A stretch of DNA of 64,000 bases from contig JAQGDQ010000298.1 in assembly GCA_030141605.1 (NCBI GenBank), positions 62,001 through 126,000 of the forward strand, written 5' to 3'. The translations under genes were made by a program, and so were the position numbers. The notes beneath the pieces were generated by a model. That model did not search any database. It was given only the letters and a program-made list of their open reading frames with translations, and was not told the origin of the DNA. Shown here piece after piece: positions 11,405 to 24,407 of this stretch. The DNA is from Tubiluchus corallicola. Lineage: Eukaryota; Animalia; Priapulida. Every line of letters begins with the position of its first letter. The first letter of the stretch is position 1.

Positions 11405-13629
11405 ACTTCAATAGGCAGTAAAGTTCCTGTTGTGTTCTGTTCCACATCTGTGGCATATCGTTATGTATTGTTCTGCTTACTACTGAGTTACTGTTTTCAT
11501 AATTAAAAGCCCTTCCTAATTTAGTGTGAACATTTTCCCAAATGAAATAAGGTTGTCTAGCTAGATTCATATCTTTGCAGCCCATCTGTATATTAGATCC
11601 AGTATGAATTAAAAATTGGATTTAACCAGATTCAACTTAAATGTATTTGATTATAGTAACGGATAGCTTAAAAAATTGTTCTTAGACAGTGATAATAGCT
11701 AGTTATAGGTGATGTCATACAGTTAGATTAGGTATCAAAAAATTATGATATTTACACCAGATAGATATTATTTTAACAAATCATAGACTAGATTATTTGT
11801 GACAAGGAGTTTATATTGTAAAACATGAAGCCATGATGTAATTAATCATTTTCTTCATATTTTTAACCTTTTTGTTTATATTTTATTTACTAAATAGTAA
11901 ATAGTTGTAAATAGTTTGTTTATTAATGAAGATGGAATGTGAGCTAGTTTAAGGCATCTATGATTGTGGCAGTTGTGATTTCAGAGTTTTATCTTTTCTA
12001 TTACTCAAATATTGTTTACAAATAATCTTTAAATTGTGTAAAGTAAACTTTCGCATATGTTTCAAGTCGATAAACTTTTGAGCAGCTAGTTAAATAGTTT
12101 CATGTTACAAAAACATGCAGAAATTACATAATTATGTAGCATGTTTGTATAGTAATGATCATGATTTCTGTTAAATGTAAACAATAAACAAAAATTTCCG
12201 CACAAGGCAATTTCAGTTGAGTGAATTAATTATTGTTTTGTTTACATCATTAGATTTGTGAGTTCAGAATTTTCATAATCCAGTGTTCTAGACAGCTGAA
12301 ATGTCAACTTCACCATTTCTGGACTCTGGAAATTGTTTAAAGTACAAATGCAGTTTATTTGAAGATAAACAGGTCAGTCTGTCAAGTCTAGTCATTAGAC
12401 ACCGCCTTTAATGAATTAGACTCCACCTTTAACATTTCCAGACACAATCACCCTGCATTCTGGCACTGTTCCATCCAAGACCTTGCGTGAATATTGCTGT
12501 CCAAACACAGGACATCTGTGACTCAAATGTTGAAAATAGTGTAGATTGTAATAGTGTCTATCTAATCATTTGACACGGCCTCGGTGCAAACGACACAGTA
12601 TGAATATTTAATTTCAAGCACTGTGGAGCACTGAATCATAAAGCAAAAGACGTTAACTCTTTCCTGGTACCTTTTACGCACAAGTCAATGATCAATACAA
12701 ATGAGATAATCGTAAGCCTTCTGGAAAGTTAGACCCATTTCAATGTTTGCAAGAATTGTTAGAATTTAGTAATAAAAGTGTGGTGAGCGTCTTGTGGAAT
12801 TAGTGAACTAGCGGTCATTTCACGCTTGTGTGCTCCCCCCATTTTGAAAGCTCATTCTTCCACCAATGAAGTCATTCATCAGCTGAACAAGTGTACTGTC
12901 AAATTCTGTCAAAAGTATAAGTTTTTACAAAAAAATTAGATAGCCAATTTAGAGATATTTTTCTATTAATACTAGGTGAGCTGAAGAAGCTTGAATTAGT
13001 TTAAACAGTTCACGCTTACGGAAAGTCACGAAGTCCACCAGTTACATCATAATTTTCAAGTGAATGGCAGCAACCGCAACACCTGAAAACTTCTATACAG
13101 GTGTAGTGTAAATTAACTTCATGCACTAGAGACACTTTTCTGCAAATAGCTTTGTTATAAAATGTCAATATTTAATTCATATACAACAGTAACTCCTGTA
13201 AAAAGTTCCAGTCGTAAAGTAAACAAAATTGCCAAAGGCTCCTTTCATTCTTGTAAGAACTTACTGAAATTGAAGCAAAATTTAAAAAGAAAATTAAAAA
13301 TCAAAGTGTGTAGTGACTTTTGACACACCTATATGTAGACAAAAAATCTAGTTCTCACATTAGACAACAAACAGCATTGAATAACATACAGCTTGGATAC
13401 TTTGAAAAACATTTGTGACTTCGTCGGTTGTTTTAGCTCTCATAAGTGTCTTGTTTGCTTGGCTCGTTTATCAAGTCAATGGAAATTCCAATTCTGCATG
13501 ATCTGATGGGAATCTGACTTAATAATTGTCCATCATGCTAAGGCTTGTTTACACATATTTTTAAGCTTATACCAGAGTCTCTGCATTGGCAACCATAGTG
13601 GCAGTATAAATTAATTTTACGCTTTAGAG

Positions 13630-14112
13630 CAGGGATGTGCAAATTGCTGCCCGCCGAGAGAATTTGTGAGGCCCGCAAAGAGACTTGTCAAGCTAATGAA
13701 AGTGCGGCCTGGGCGATTAATTGAGTGTATCCAGCTGAAGTCCGTGCCACGATCTCAAAGATAGTGCGGGTAGTTTTTTTCTACTAGATCGGATACCATT
13801 AACCTTTACAAGACGGTTGTAGCTTAATGTCACTGTACTACACAGACTGTGTGATACACATTACTAATATGCATTGTAATGAAATTACCATTATCTGTCC
13901 TGAAAGTAGAAATATATGGTTTGTAATATAAATTTTAATAACTTCTAAAATAGTTTCATGAGTGTAGAAGTAATGATGTACGCAGGTCAGATGCAAAAAA
14001 ATCGTTATTAGGCCTTTCTGTACTTGGCTCCTTGATCAAACTGCCTGTGGCCCGCAGGAATTGCGGGAAAGTTTAATGTGGCCTGGCTAGTCAGATAATT
14101 TGCACACCCCTG
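13630..14112. mobile_element. hAT (Charlie-like) MITE
   Basis: Perfect 8-bp TSD CTTTAGAG; 16-bp TIR CAGGGATGTGCAAATT / AATTTGCACACCCCTG (1 mismatch); subterminal GGCCCGC motifs. Confidence 0.92.
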
Positions 14113-14717
14113 CTTTAGAGACAGTCTTTGCAAATTTCTGTGACATTTTTTTAAATATAAGCAATAACAGTAAATCGTCCCAACTTGCTGACTTATTCTT
14201 TCTTCTAATGGAACTAACATAATGGAGATCAGCACCGTTTAAACATCAAAAACAGGTACTGATGGATTGGAATGACGTAACGTAACATACAAACTTATAA
14301 CGCTGCTGCAACTGGGAGACAAGGGTTAATTCTGTGGTTCCTTAATGAAAACATGTAAAAGAAAACATCAAATGGCAAATAACTTCTAACAGGATTGAAA
14401 AAATGTAACGAACGATACAAAAGTAAATACGTTTAGTGTGTACTGTTACTTGATGATGCAGAAAATGAAAAAGTAATAAATTAAATTCTAATAATGATAA
14501 TGACCATCATAGGTGGCACAGCAACCAAAAACGCAGAATTAACAATGAACTTATCAGTTTGGCATTTCGTTAGATGAGGCGATACGTAATGTGTAGATAA
14601 GGACCCAATTTCATGAAGCCATCACTAACTTAACAACGTCGTTACAGATAATTACGCAGATGTAATAAAGGCATCGTTAAATTAGTGATGCTTTGTGAAA
14701 CCTGCCCCAGTTTGTTG

Positions 14718-16612
14718 TTAAGACGTGTTTTGCATTTTATCAAATGCTTTTCCGTCAGTCCATTCTTTTCTCAGCGAGCTGTCTATAGAGTTAAACTCGG
14801 CAACCAGGTTTCCGACAATTCGCTTGTGTCGCATATTGTCTTCTGCGGAAAGACTTCCATTCAGAAACAGATGATAAAGTTCATTGCACACGGAATCCAG
14901 CATTTCCAGTAAACGAAGGCAGTTTTCCTCAACTTCTGTGCGGCTTGCTTTGCTACTCAAGTGTCTTTTGATTGCCGCACGATTCTTAAAGAAAGGCACA
15001 CACTTGCCGCACTTCTTCACAAAGTCACTCACGTTAAGAATTGCACGTACGGTACGGTCCTTTTTCTTCTGTTGACATGCTGCTTTTTCAGCACACTTTT
15101 CCAGTAAAGTGTTACGCAAGTTGAGCGGCACGGCATCGAGTTTACATTGTTGGTTTACATCCTTTCCTACGTTTTTATCCGGATAAGGCGAATGGTGTAC
15201 ATCCTTTCCCGCATTTTTATCCGGATATGGCGAATGGTTTATATCCTTTCCTGGATTTTCATCCGGCAGTGGCGAATGGCGTACATCCTTCCCTGCAATT
15301 TCATCCGGCGGTGGCGAATGGCGTACATCCTTCCCTGCATTTTGCTTCTCCTCGGCAATAAATTTATCCGCATTGACCGAAGCCTCCTCATCGCAAAACT
15401 CACTTTTGGGTGTTTGTTCCGAGAAATTTTCTCCACGAGAACCGGCTCCACACGACTTACTCACACTTTCTTGCGGAACTTCTGAACGGCGAAGTTGTAG
15501 AAATTTGTTAATTATCTTATCTTCTAACATTTGAATTCTATCGCAGTGATGCTGTAGAGGATCACCTTGCTTGTATTTTTTCTTCGGCTTCTGGTAATAC
15601 TCAATTACCTGCTGGTTCAAGAAATTCAACTCCTGAGTCCATCCTTGCACTTCCGGATCATCGTGTACTTGAAGTAAGCAAGGCTGTGACAAACATGTTA
15701 TGACGTGCGGTTCCACGTGCCGTCCAGTGCACTCGAACAAGATTTCTTCCATTGCCGAACATTCGTCGGGCAGTACCGGTTCGCCTTTCCTGAACTTTCG
15801 TCGTACGGCCTTTCTAAGTCTTTTGAGATGCCTGTTAGGCAAAGGATGCTTTAGCAAAAATGTAATCCTGCAGATCTCTCTAGTTGTGGTGCAGGCGGAC
15901 AAATCGACATTGTTTACCAAAGTACCTGAAGAATTCCTGTCACTAGTTTCCGTCAAATCCCTGCGTGCGAAGTCACAAACCGGAGTACGGATGCCGCCTT
16001 TACGAGCAAGTTGTGAATATAACCGTTTTAACCGATTGATTAGCATATTAATAGCCCGTACATGATGTATACTAGTTTGTTCTAATGTCTGAACATCGAT
16101 ACTTTTCTTTTGTAAACTGCCGAGAATGTAACGCACAGCATTACTGTTCTTTCTTCTTATGTTCGCTACAGTCTTTGTCAGCTTATCTCGCATAGTTAGC
16201 TGCTTGGGAGAATCTAGCTTTAATCTCTGCGCATCAGAGAGAACGGCATCGAGCGGTACAGTTACCAGATGCTGGGAAACTGCTCTCATTGCCACATCCT
16301 GTCCAACTCTCTTTCTATTCTGCGACAAATTAATCAAGTCGTGTAAAGTATCCACCCATCCCTTGAGAGGTTTTTGTGCGACCACCCTTGTGTTTAAAAA
16401 CCATTCTAATTTTTCACTTTCTGACTTGCAAGACAGCTCATCCTTTTCAAGGAATGGAAATTGCTGTTGAACTTTTCTGCTGGCTCTAGCAGTTGTTTTG
16501 TTTACGACTTGAGAATTCTCATGAACGACAGTTTGGGCATTCCCGCTGCCTTCTCTTTCACGTGATAGAGGAGCTGTACCATCATCCTTTACTATGTGCC
16601 CATTTTTCGAAT
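14718..16612 (-). CDS. Large terminal exon (~630 aa, helical, DAXX-like segments), probably exon 7 of a long ZCCHC7 isoform
   Basis: 646-codon stop-free ORF; acceptor ctttttctag| at 16613/16612 is phase 1, matching the phase-1 donor A|GTAAGT at 17651; contains a 14-aa coding repeat. Confidence 0.75.
15150..15345 (-). repeat. Coding 42-bp (14-aa) repeat, ~4.5 copies
   Basis: AGKDVRHSPPPDEI / AGKDVRHSPLPDEN / PGKDINHSPYPDKN / AGKDVHHSPYPDKN / VGKDVN. Confidence 0.9.
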
Positions 16613-17296
16613 CTAGAAAAAGATCAGAAAAATGTGAAAAACTTATAACAAAAGTCAAAAATATTTTTTTCTATCTTAAAGGAAGACCGGGCAATTGTTT
16701 AGACTCAACCTCAATTTAATTTACTGTCCAAAATATACATTTTCTTGCCTATAAAATATAACAGTTGTTCCTTATATTTGAATGCCTAGCTTAGAAAGTT
16801 AATTAACGGCAACCGAACACAGCTATTGCTTACGTCAGAAACTAACCACAGTTTGTGCAATGGCAGGCGTCTTCCCTTGCGCATCAAGCACAATTGCATA
16901 AGTGTTACAGTACTGTTTAAACGCATGATGTCACGAAACATGCGCTTTACATCATATGACATCAGAAACTAACACTGCAGTTCATGATCATGGTTATCAC
17001 GGTACCGCCTTCTATTTGTCGATCACGCGAATGTGACAAAAAGGTGCCGCTGCCAATCTTAGCAGATTCATTGAGCCGTGCATAGCTTTGAAAGTTTAAT
17101 GAAATTTGACTATCCGAGGTAATTATTATCTAATCTAAGCTTTGATCTAAAAAAGCTATTGTAGTTTTCAATATTTTAGAACATTCTTTATTCTGAACTA
17201 ATGTTTATACAATCATCCGGTTTACCTTTAAGAATTATCTTTGTGAAACTTGCAATGTTATGGACGATGAATATTAGTTCTTGTCTCTTTTCAGCA

Positions 17297-17535
17297 TCTT
17301 TCAGGATCTTAGCAACATCAAGTGATTTCACTGATGAAGTACAGCTAAGATCTTGAAAGATCTTTCAAGATCTTAGCAACATCAAGTGATTTCACTGATG
17401 AAGTACAGCTAAGATCTTGAAAGATCTTTCAAGATCTTAGCAACATCAAGTGATTTCACTGATGAAGTACAGCTAAGATCTTGAAAGATCTTTCAAGATC
17501 TTAGCTATATCAAGTTGATTTCAGCCGAAGAAGTC
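17297..17535. repeat. 64-bp tandem array with 34-bp perfect palindromes
   Basis: GCTAAGATCTTGAAAGATCTTTCAAGATCTTAGC at 17344, 17408 and 17472, separated by identical 30-bp spacers. Confidence 0.95.
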
Positions 17536-17603
17536 CGTGATGGATGAAAACTTCAGAGTGAAATAAAGAATTTTTTGAGACTTAATGGACATCTGAACTT
17601 CTG

Positions 17604-17797
17604 TTACGGATATTTTCTTTCGTTTAATAAATTATCTTGTAGCCACTTACTTTTCATCTTTTTCGAATTTCCATCATTTGCATTTGCTTTTGCTTTTGGT
17701 AACTTTTCCAGACCACCGTTGAACGTGGATTGAGGATCATGCAGACGTGCCCTCTTCCTAGGCAAGCCGTCGGGCTCCAGTCCTTGTTCCATTAGCT
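17604..17797 (-). CDS. ZCCHC7: ZCCHC7 exon 6 (reads to stop at 17604, or splices out at 17651)
   Basis: Acceptor ttatttccag|, phase 1; ELMEQGLEPDGLPRKRARL (NLS-like); internal consensus donor A|GTAAGT at 17651/17650. Confidence 0.75.
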
Positions 17798-17873
17798 CTG
17801 GAAATAATAAAGAACACAATTACCTTACTTGTGGCAATCTTTTAATATCCATTCAAGTTTTTAAGAGCATGTT

Positions 17874-18360
17874 GTCATGATGCTAAAGTTGTCGCTTGGC
17901 GTGTTTTGGGGAGAGCCAACAACCGACATTGGCAAGTTTATTAGACTGTTTTTGTAGTTGCGATGTTCGTGTTAAACAGATGAAATCAATGGGTGAAAAC
18001 AGGGTTTAGCTTTGCGATCTGTATTTTACTCAACAGTAGTAAACAAAAGTTAGAGTAAATCCATCAGTCAATACATCACGGCACCTGAGTCAAAACGTTA
18101 TTATAACCACACAACTGTTTAAGCCTATTGCTTGTCCTCTCTTCTTGTTGCCAAGTGTGAAAAACTACTGCATTCACAGACAAGCCCAGTGACCCAGTTC
18201 CATACAAATATATAGTAGTAGCAAATACATGCATATATTGGAAACTTTCAAGTGTACAAACAGATTTCAGCACTGGCTTAGTGGTAGTGAAAAACTAAAG
18301 TTTAAAACTACAAATCAAAATTAATAATAAACTGTAAATTAAATGCTCGCATCTACGACA
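17874..18360 (+). repeat. Dispersed repeat, inverted partner of 24980-25503
   Basis: GACTGTTTTTGTAGTTGCGATGTTC..TTAAACAGATGAAATC is the reverse complement of GATTTCATCTGTTTAA..GAACATCGCAACTACAAAAACAGTC near 25390-25435; similarity runs ~490 bp. Confidence 0.9.
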
Positions 18361-19101
18361 CACGTGATTAAGAAAATTAAACGACAATGTGGAAATCAAT
18401 TTTCAACAACAGCGACTTTCCCAAATGCTTTGCACTTCTTTAGCATAACACGTTTTAAAGCAAAACCGGATACAATACTAAACTGCAGGTCAAAACAATC
18501 TATTCTTTAAAATATTAAAAGGAAATGTACTATATTTTCAAAAATGACTTATGTGAAAGAATTATGTGTTCGTGGCACTAGTTCTTCGTTGTTACATGCA
18601 TTTCACCATTCGCTAGTTAGATGGGCACTAGCACCTGCTTTTCGGAAACGCATTGCACAAAAAATGGATGCTGTAAGTCTCAGTCCAAATGTGTTAGTTT
18701 GTGATGAACTGCACAAGTTTTACAGCTCATGAGCGAGTACAGCGGTACTTTGAGATTCCTTTTGGATAGTGAAATTAAGTTTTTAATCTATTATTTAATT
18801 ACTAGAAATGCTTTTGCAGTATTAATTGTGTGAAATGTATACTTTTACCATACTTGATAAGGGGCTAGTATATGAAAAATCATGATGTCTTCCTTTAACT
18901 TTAAGATTCCTTTCAGATAGTGAAATGTTAATTCAAAAATCTCAAACACTTTCACAAGCCCAATTAGATCTCAGGCAGTGGCTTGTTTGGTAAATAATCA
19001 GAATAAAATACTTTTAGTTCAAATTTTTCTTTCTTACACACATTCTTAAAATCATCTGAAATTCCATTTTCTTATCAAGTCAATAATTGAACTCATGGTA
19101 C

Positions 19102-19195
19102 CTCGTTTGCGCTTAATTCCATGATGTTCCTGATAACTTTTAACAAACGGGATCACAGGTAGAACACCGCTATGCATCCGTTTTTCAAAGCATTC
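19102..19195 (-). CDS. ZCCHC7: ZCCHC7 exon 5
   Basis: Acceptor ctttttaag|; ECFEKRMHSGVLPVIPFVKSY completes knuckle 5 (GHFGF-EC); donor G|GTACCA; not in the ORF track. Confidence 0.85.
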
Positions 19196-19808
19196 CTTAA
19201 AAAGCAAAATGAAAAAATGTGAGAAGATGTTGAAGATTAAACATCATAACAATAGTGTAAGACAATATCATCATGTTATCATCATCATTGTTATTAAGGC
19301 CAGTGTGAACCTGACTTAATAAATTTTAATTTTAATTTAGCTGGAAAGTTTAAAATGTGGGCATTGACCTAGTTATGTTTTCATTACGCTGTTGTGTAGT
19401 ATGAGTGAACATGTGTCTTGTACAAGCTAGCGAAGTTTTTCATTAGATATATGCCGCAACGATGCAAGTTTATTTCTATTAATTTTTATTTATTCATTGA
19501 TATTTTTGAATGGACTAAATAACTGTCAATCTAACTAAACTATGTAACTTTTCATAAAATTAGCCAATGTCAGTCACTTTTGCTTTTCTATTTTAATTTT
19601 TAAATATTGCAGAAATAAAGATCAGTGGTTTACATGAAATTCAACTAAGGCTTTTGAAGATTTGTCATAAATGCCTCTCAGAGACACTAACAGTTGTAGT
19701 CATCATTACCACTGCCATCATCACCATCAATTTCACCATCAACATCATCACGACATGGCGGTGATGTCATGGTCCTAGTCATTCTCATCATGGTCATCGT
19801 CATCACCA

Positions 19809-20170
19809 CAGGGTTCCCTGAGGTCAGGAAAAATCCTTGAAAATACAGACTATCCTGGAAAGTCATGGAATATTGATTCTCCATGAGCAAGATGAGCAAA
19901 AATTGCATTACCAGTATACATACTCAAACATTTTTGTGTATGGACATTCACACATATACTGATGTGTAATGTGTCGGCCAATCACTATTTTTGGTACAGA
20001 AATCAAAACTGGGAACCTGCCATAGCAAATTTTATTTAAACACGAATCGCTGAAAAATATGTTTGGAAAAATATCGGTTCATGGTGATCCTGGTGTTTTA
20101 CCAAATTATCCTTTCCCCTGACTTTTCCATGACTTTCCAGGATAGTCTGTATTTTCAAGGATTTTTCAGG
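19809..20170. mobile_element. Foldback/MITE remnant with 43-bp perfect inverted repeats
   Basis: 19828-19870 GAAAAATCCTTGAAAATACAGACTATCCTGGAAAGTCATGGAA is the reverse complement of 20125-20167; left end CAGGGTTCCC is hAT-like. Confidence 0.7.
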
Positions 20171-20353
20171 ATTCTGCCTTACCACGGGATAAGAGATGAG
20201 CTGAAAGATACTTTCTAGGTACTAATGCCTAAGCCAGTTCACGGTTGAAGTGATAATAGCGACGCACATCTTTCAAATTCGTACAATGCGAAAATCATAC
20301 ATTACTTTCTTACTAACTATACAAAATCGCTATTAAAACTCAGGAGAACTTAC

Positions 20354-20449
20354 AAAACCAAAATGGCCTTTAGTGGCACAGTTCCAACACCACGCGTTGG
20401 ATGTGGATCGACCCGGATCCTCGCTTCGAACTAGAGCACGCATGTCAGT
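20354..20449 (-). CDS. ZCCHC7: ZCCHC7 exon 4
   Basis: Acceptor catttcag|; TDMRALVRSEDPGRSTSNAWCWNCATKGHFGF; donor |GTAAGT. Confidence 0.9.
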
Positions 20450-21994
20450 CTGAAATGAAAAGAAACATGAAATGTACAAATTGGTAAAACTATGGCTGGC
20501 TCTAGGTAGTTTGACACCCCTTTCCACAAATGATGAATGTTTCTTGTATAATATTATGATAAAGTATAAAGGTATGTGTGTGTTAAACTATACAGGTATT
20601 ATAGTGCACTAAGTAAGTGTAGTTAATTACCTATCTACAGCGTGTGCTGGCTGATTGAGTTTGAAATTGAATTTATCACTGCCTGAATTTAAAACTGGGA
20701 TTTGTGACTCCTCTGCACACTATAAGACTCGCTAAGTTTTTTTGTTTCCTACATTCTGTCCTGAAGACTTCGATTCTTATAGGTTTATCTGCCATAGTTA
20801 GACAAATGCTATTGCAAGTAATCTTTTTATTAACAGAAGGCTTATTCTATAAACACTAACATAGAAACTGCAGGCAAAAGTTGAATATGCATCAGTAATG
20901 TCTGATTGAAATGGTGTACTCTTAGGAAACCAGACAAAGCAAAAACACAAAACGTTTTGCTGGTGAAACATACTTGATAGCATCGATAAATCATATATTT
21001 TAACAGGAAAACAACGGGGCTATGTGTAGTTCATTTTGCACTTAAGTGTGTTTAGTGTTCAGCACTTAAAAGAATTACACATACACCATGCTGTTACTTA
21101 TATTAAACTTAAAAATCAAAGAATTACTTCCACAATTCAGCACCCCAAAATTTGGTACTCGAGGCTACCAACTAGTTTGCTTAGTGGTAGAGCCAGTCCT
21201 GTTTAAAACAATGAAAGACAAGTAGACAAAGTAGAATACATGGGCATACAATAAGCAGCATGAACCAAACAACCTTTAGGTAACTGAGCTCCAGCATAAG
21301 CCGCACAATACAGCGAATCTATTGCAAAAATCTGGATTGAGGTGGGTTACTACGCCTTCAACGGGTGAAAAAATAATTTTAACACATAACACAGTGAATC
21401 AAATTACACAAACATGTTTATTGCTACAATACAAGTGAAAACATACGATGTCATTCGTAAACATAACGTAATCATATCACCGTCCAAACGTTTTGTAATT
21501 ACTACTGTATTCACTATATTTACTACATGAATTCACCGTATTACTAACGTATTAGTTGCATTACTAACTTATTCACCGTATTATTAACGTATTTCACCGT
21601 AAAGGCAGGTGACTTGATCCACCCCCGACCGTGTGCTCTTAACAACGCAAACTGAGAACAATGCCAGGGAAACTACACAGCCTGCTGACCATGCGCACAC
21701 GATCCGAAAACGAAGGTGGCAGCACCTTCCAACGAGATATTAGCAAATTTAGGCGATGATGCCAAGCAGTTACATGTATGGTTGGTTGCCTTGAAAAATA
21801 CATTAAATCAACAGAAGACTAAGGTTATAATCAGGAGTGTGAACATGTCCTGCATAGTGTCTACTAACCTTTACTTCTTTATCAATGATGATAAGCATTG
21901 GAGCATAGGGATAGATGACTAAATTAATCAAGGCATCTATTTAGGAAGCATCCATATATTATATATGATGTAATTTTGAAGAGTGAGCACTCAC

Positions 21995-22198
21995 GGTCAA
22001 ATGGTACATTCGCCACTGGTCGGGACAGTCTTCTTTCGCATGTCCCTTCATGAAGCACCTCCGACAGATCAGCTTCCATTTACGCTTCTCTGCGCACTCT
22101 TTTTGTTTGTGTCCCGGACACAAGCAGTTGTTGCAAAACACCTCTGTGCATCGCTTGAAATGATGCGCACCGGAACAAATATGACAAACAGGAAGCTT
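21995..22198 (-). CDS. ZCCHC7: ZCCHC7 exon 3 (knuckles 2-4, WRxY motif)
   Basis: CHICSGAHHFKRC, CNNCLCPGHKQKEC, CRRCFMKGHAKEDC, then QWRMYHLT, the Air1/2-ZCCHC7 IWRxY motif; AG/GT sites in phase 0. Confidence 0.93.
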
Positions 22199-22704
22199 CT
22201 AAAAATGAACAAATTTTTACAACAATTACTTAGCTGGGAACAGTCCACTCAGAGGTCCACTTCTACTTGACTAGAAATTTCAATTAAAAACCTTTATCAC
22301 CGATAATTTTGTACAGCTTTATGTAAACAGGTACTTGGTGGTACAGAGTGTCAATAATGCTTTAAATAATACTAAGACGATGATGGTAAAGTTTCAGCAT
22401 TTACTGCACAGTGCACAGGTATATGCAGTCATACAGTAACTAAATTGAAAGACATAAGACTTTACAGCAGAGCTCTTCAATGTCTACTTCTGCAATTATA
22501 TCAACATATTAGGTGAAAGCACAAAACTAAATTTGCTGCTGAAAGCAGCCATGTTTGTTACAGAATAAAATTAGTACTAGATTCAGTAACTAAAACAGAG
22601 GAGTTAGTAACATGTTCTTTTTGTCTACATAGAAATGGATCTTTAAAATGCTTTTTTTCGGCTAAAAGAACTAACTGTGCTAGATCTGCAACAAAAGTAC
22701 TTAC

Positions 22705-22859
22705 TCTTGGCAGGGGGCAACACTTTGACAAATGTCCTCTTTCATGACAATTGTTACATGTAAAGTGACTTTGAGTGTGACGTTTATAGTAGCGGGAAAC
22801 AAGGTTCAACGGTTTGTATTTATCTTTTGTGTCTATTTTCCAAATTTCTGCAGTATTTC
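22705..22859 (-). CDS. ZCCHC7: ZCCHC7 exon 2 (knuckle 1)
   Basis: IWKIDTKD...RYY...CNNCHERGHLSKCCPLPR; acceptor gtttcag|, donor |GTAAGT. Confidence 0.93.
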
Positions 22860-22957
22860 CTGAAACAAAACACGTATAATAAGAACGAGAGAGAGAGAAC
22901 AGCCAAGCTGTTGAAGTTACTTTTTAATTTCAAAGACTGGGAAAAATTTCTGTTTTT

Positions 22958-24407
22958 GATACCTTCATCTTCAACCACACATTGACGCCTTCATCTTCAA
23001 CCACACATTGACGCCTTCATCTTCAACCACACATTGACACCTCCATCTTCAACCACACATTGACGCCTTCATCTTCAACCACACATTGACACCTTCATCT
23101 TCAACCACACATTGACACCTTCATCTTCAACCACACATTGACACCTCCATCTTCAACCACACATTGACGCCTTCATCTTCAACCACACATTGACGCCTTC
23201 ATCTTCAACCACACATTGACACCTTCATCTTCAACCACACATTGACGCCTTCATCTTCAACCACACATTGACACCTCCATCTTTAACCACACATTGACGC
23301 CTTCATCTTCAACCACACATTGACGCCTTCATCTTCAACCACACATTGACGCCTTCATCTTCAACCACACATTGACACCTTCATCTTCAACCACACATTG
23401 ACGCCTTCATCTTCAACCACACATTGACACCTCCATCTTCAACCACACATTGACGCCTTCATCTTCAACCACACATTGACACCTCCATCTTCAACCACAC
23501 ATTGACACCTCCATCTTCAACCACACATTGACGCCTTCATCTTCAACCACACATTGACACCTCCATCTTCAACCACACATTGACGCCTTCATCTTCAACC
23601 ACACATTGACGCCTTCATCTTCAACCACACATTGACACCTTCATCTTCAACCATACACTGACACCTCCATCTTCAACCATACATTGACACCTTCATCTTC
23701 AACCATACATTGACACCCCCATCTTCAACCACACATTGACACCTTCATCTTCAACCATTCATTGACACCTCCATCTTCAACCACACATTGACGCCTTCAT
23801 CTTCAACCACACATTGACACATTCATCTTCAACCACACATTGACACCTTCATCTTCAACCACACATTGACACATTCATCTTCAACCATACATTGACACCT
23901 CCATCTTCAACCACACATTGACACATTCATCTTTAGCCACACACTGGCACCTCCGTCTTCAACCACACATTGACACCTTCATCTTCAACCATAAACTGAA
24001 ACGTTATCTTCAACCATACACTGACACCTTCATCTTCAACCACACATTGACACATTCATCTTTAGCCACACACTGACACCTCCATCTTCAACCACACATT
24101 GACACCTTCATCTTCAACCATAAACTGAAACGTTATCTTCAACCATAAACTGAAACGTTATCTTCAACCATACACTGACACCTTCATCTTCAACCACACA
24201 TTGACACGTTCATCTTCAACCACACTTGACACATTCATCTTCAACCACACATTGACACGTTCATCTTCAACCAGATTTTGACGCCTTCATCTTCAACCAC
24301 ACTTGACACATTCATCTTCAACCACACTTGACACATTCATCTTCAACCACACATTGACACGTTCATCTTCAACCAGATTTTGACGCCTTCATCTTCAACC
24401 ACACATT
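22958..24407. repeat. 26-bp minisatellite, ~55 copies
   Basis: Unit ATTGAC(G/A)CCT(T/C)CATCTTCAACCACAC, degenerating toward the right; in ZCCHC7 intron 1. Confidence 0.97.

Noticed and set aside
17297-17535. CRISPR-like palindromic repeat-spacer layout
   Set aside because: Spacers are identical, no cas genes, eukaryotic context
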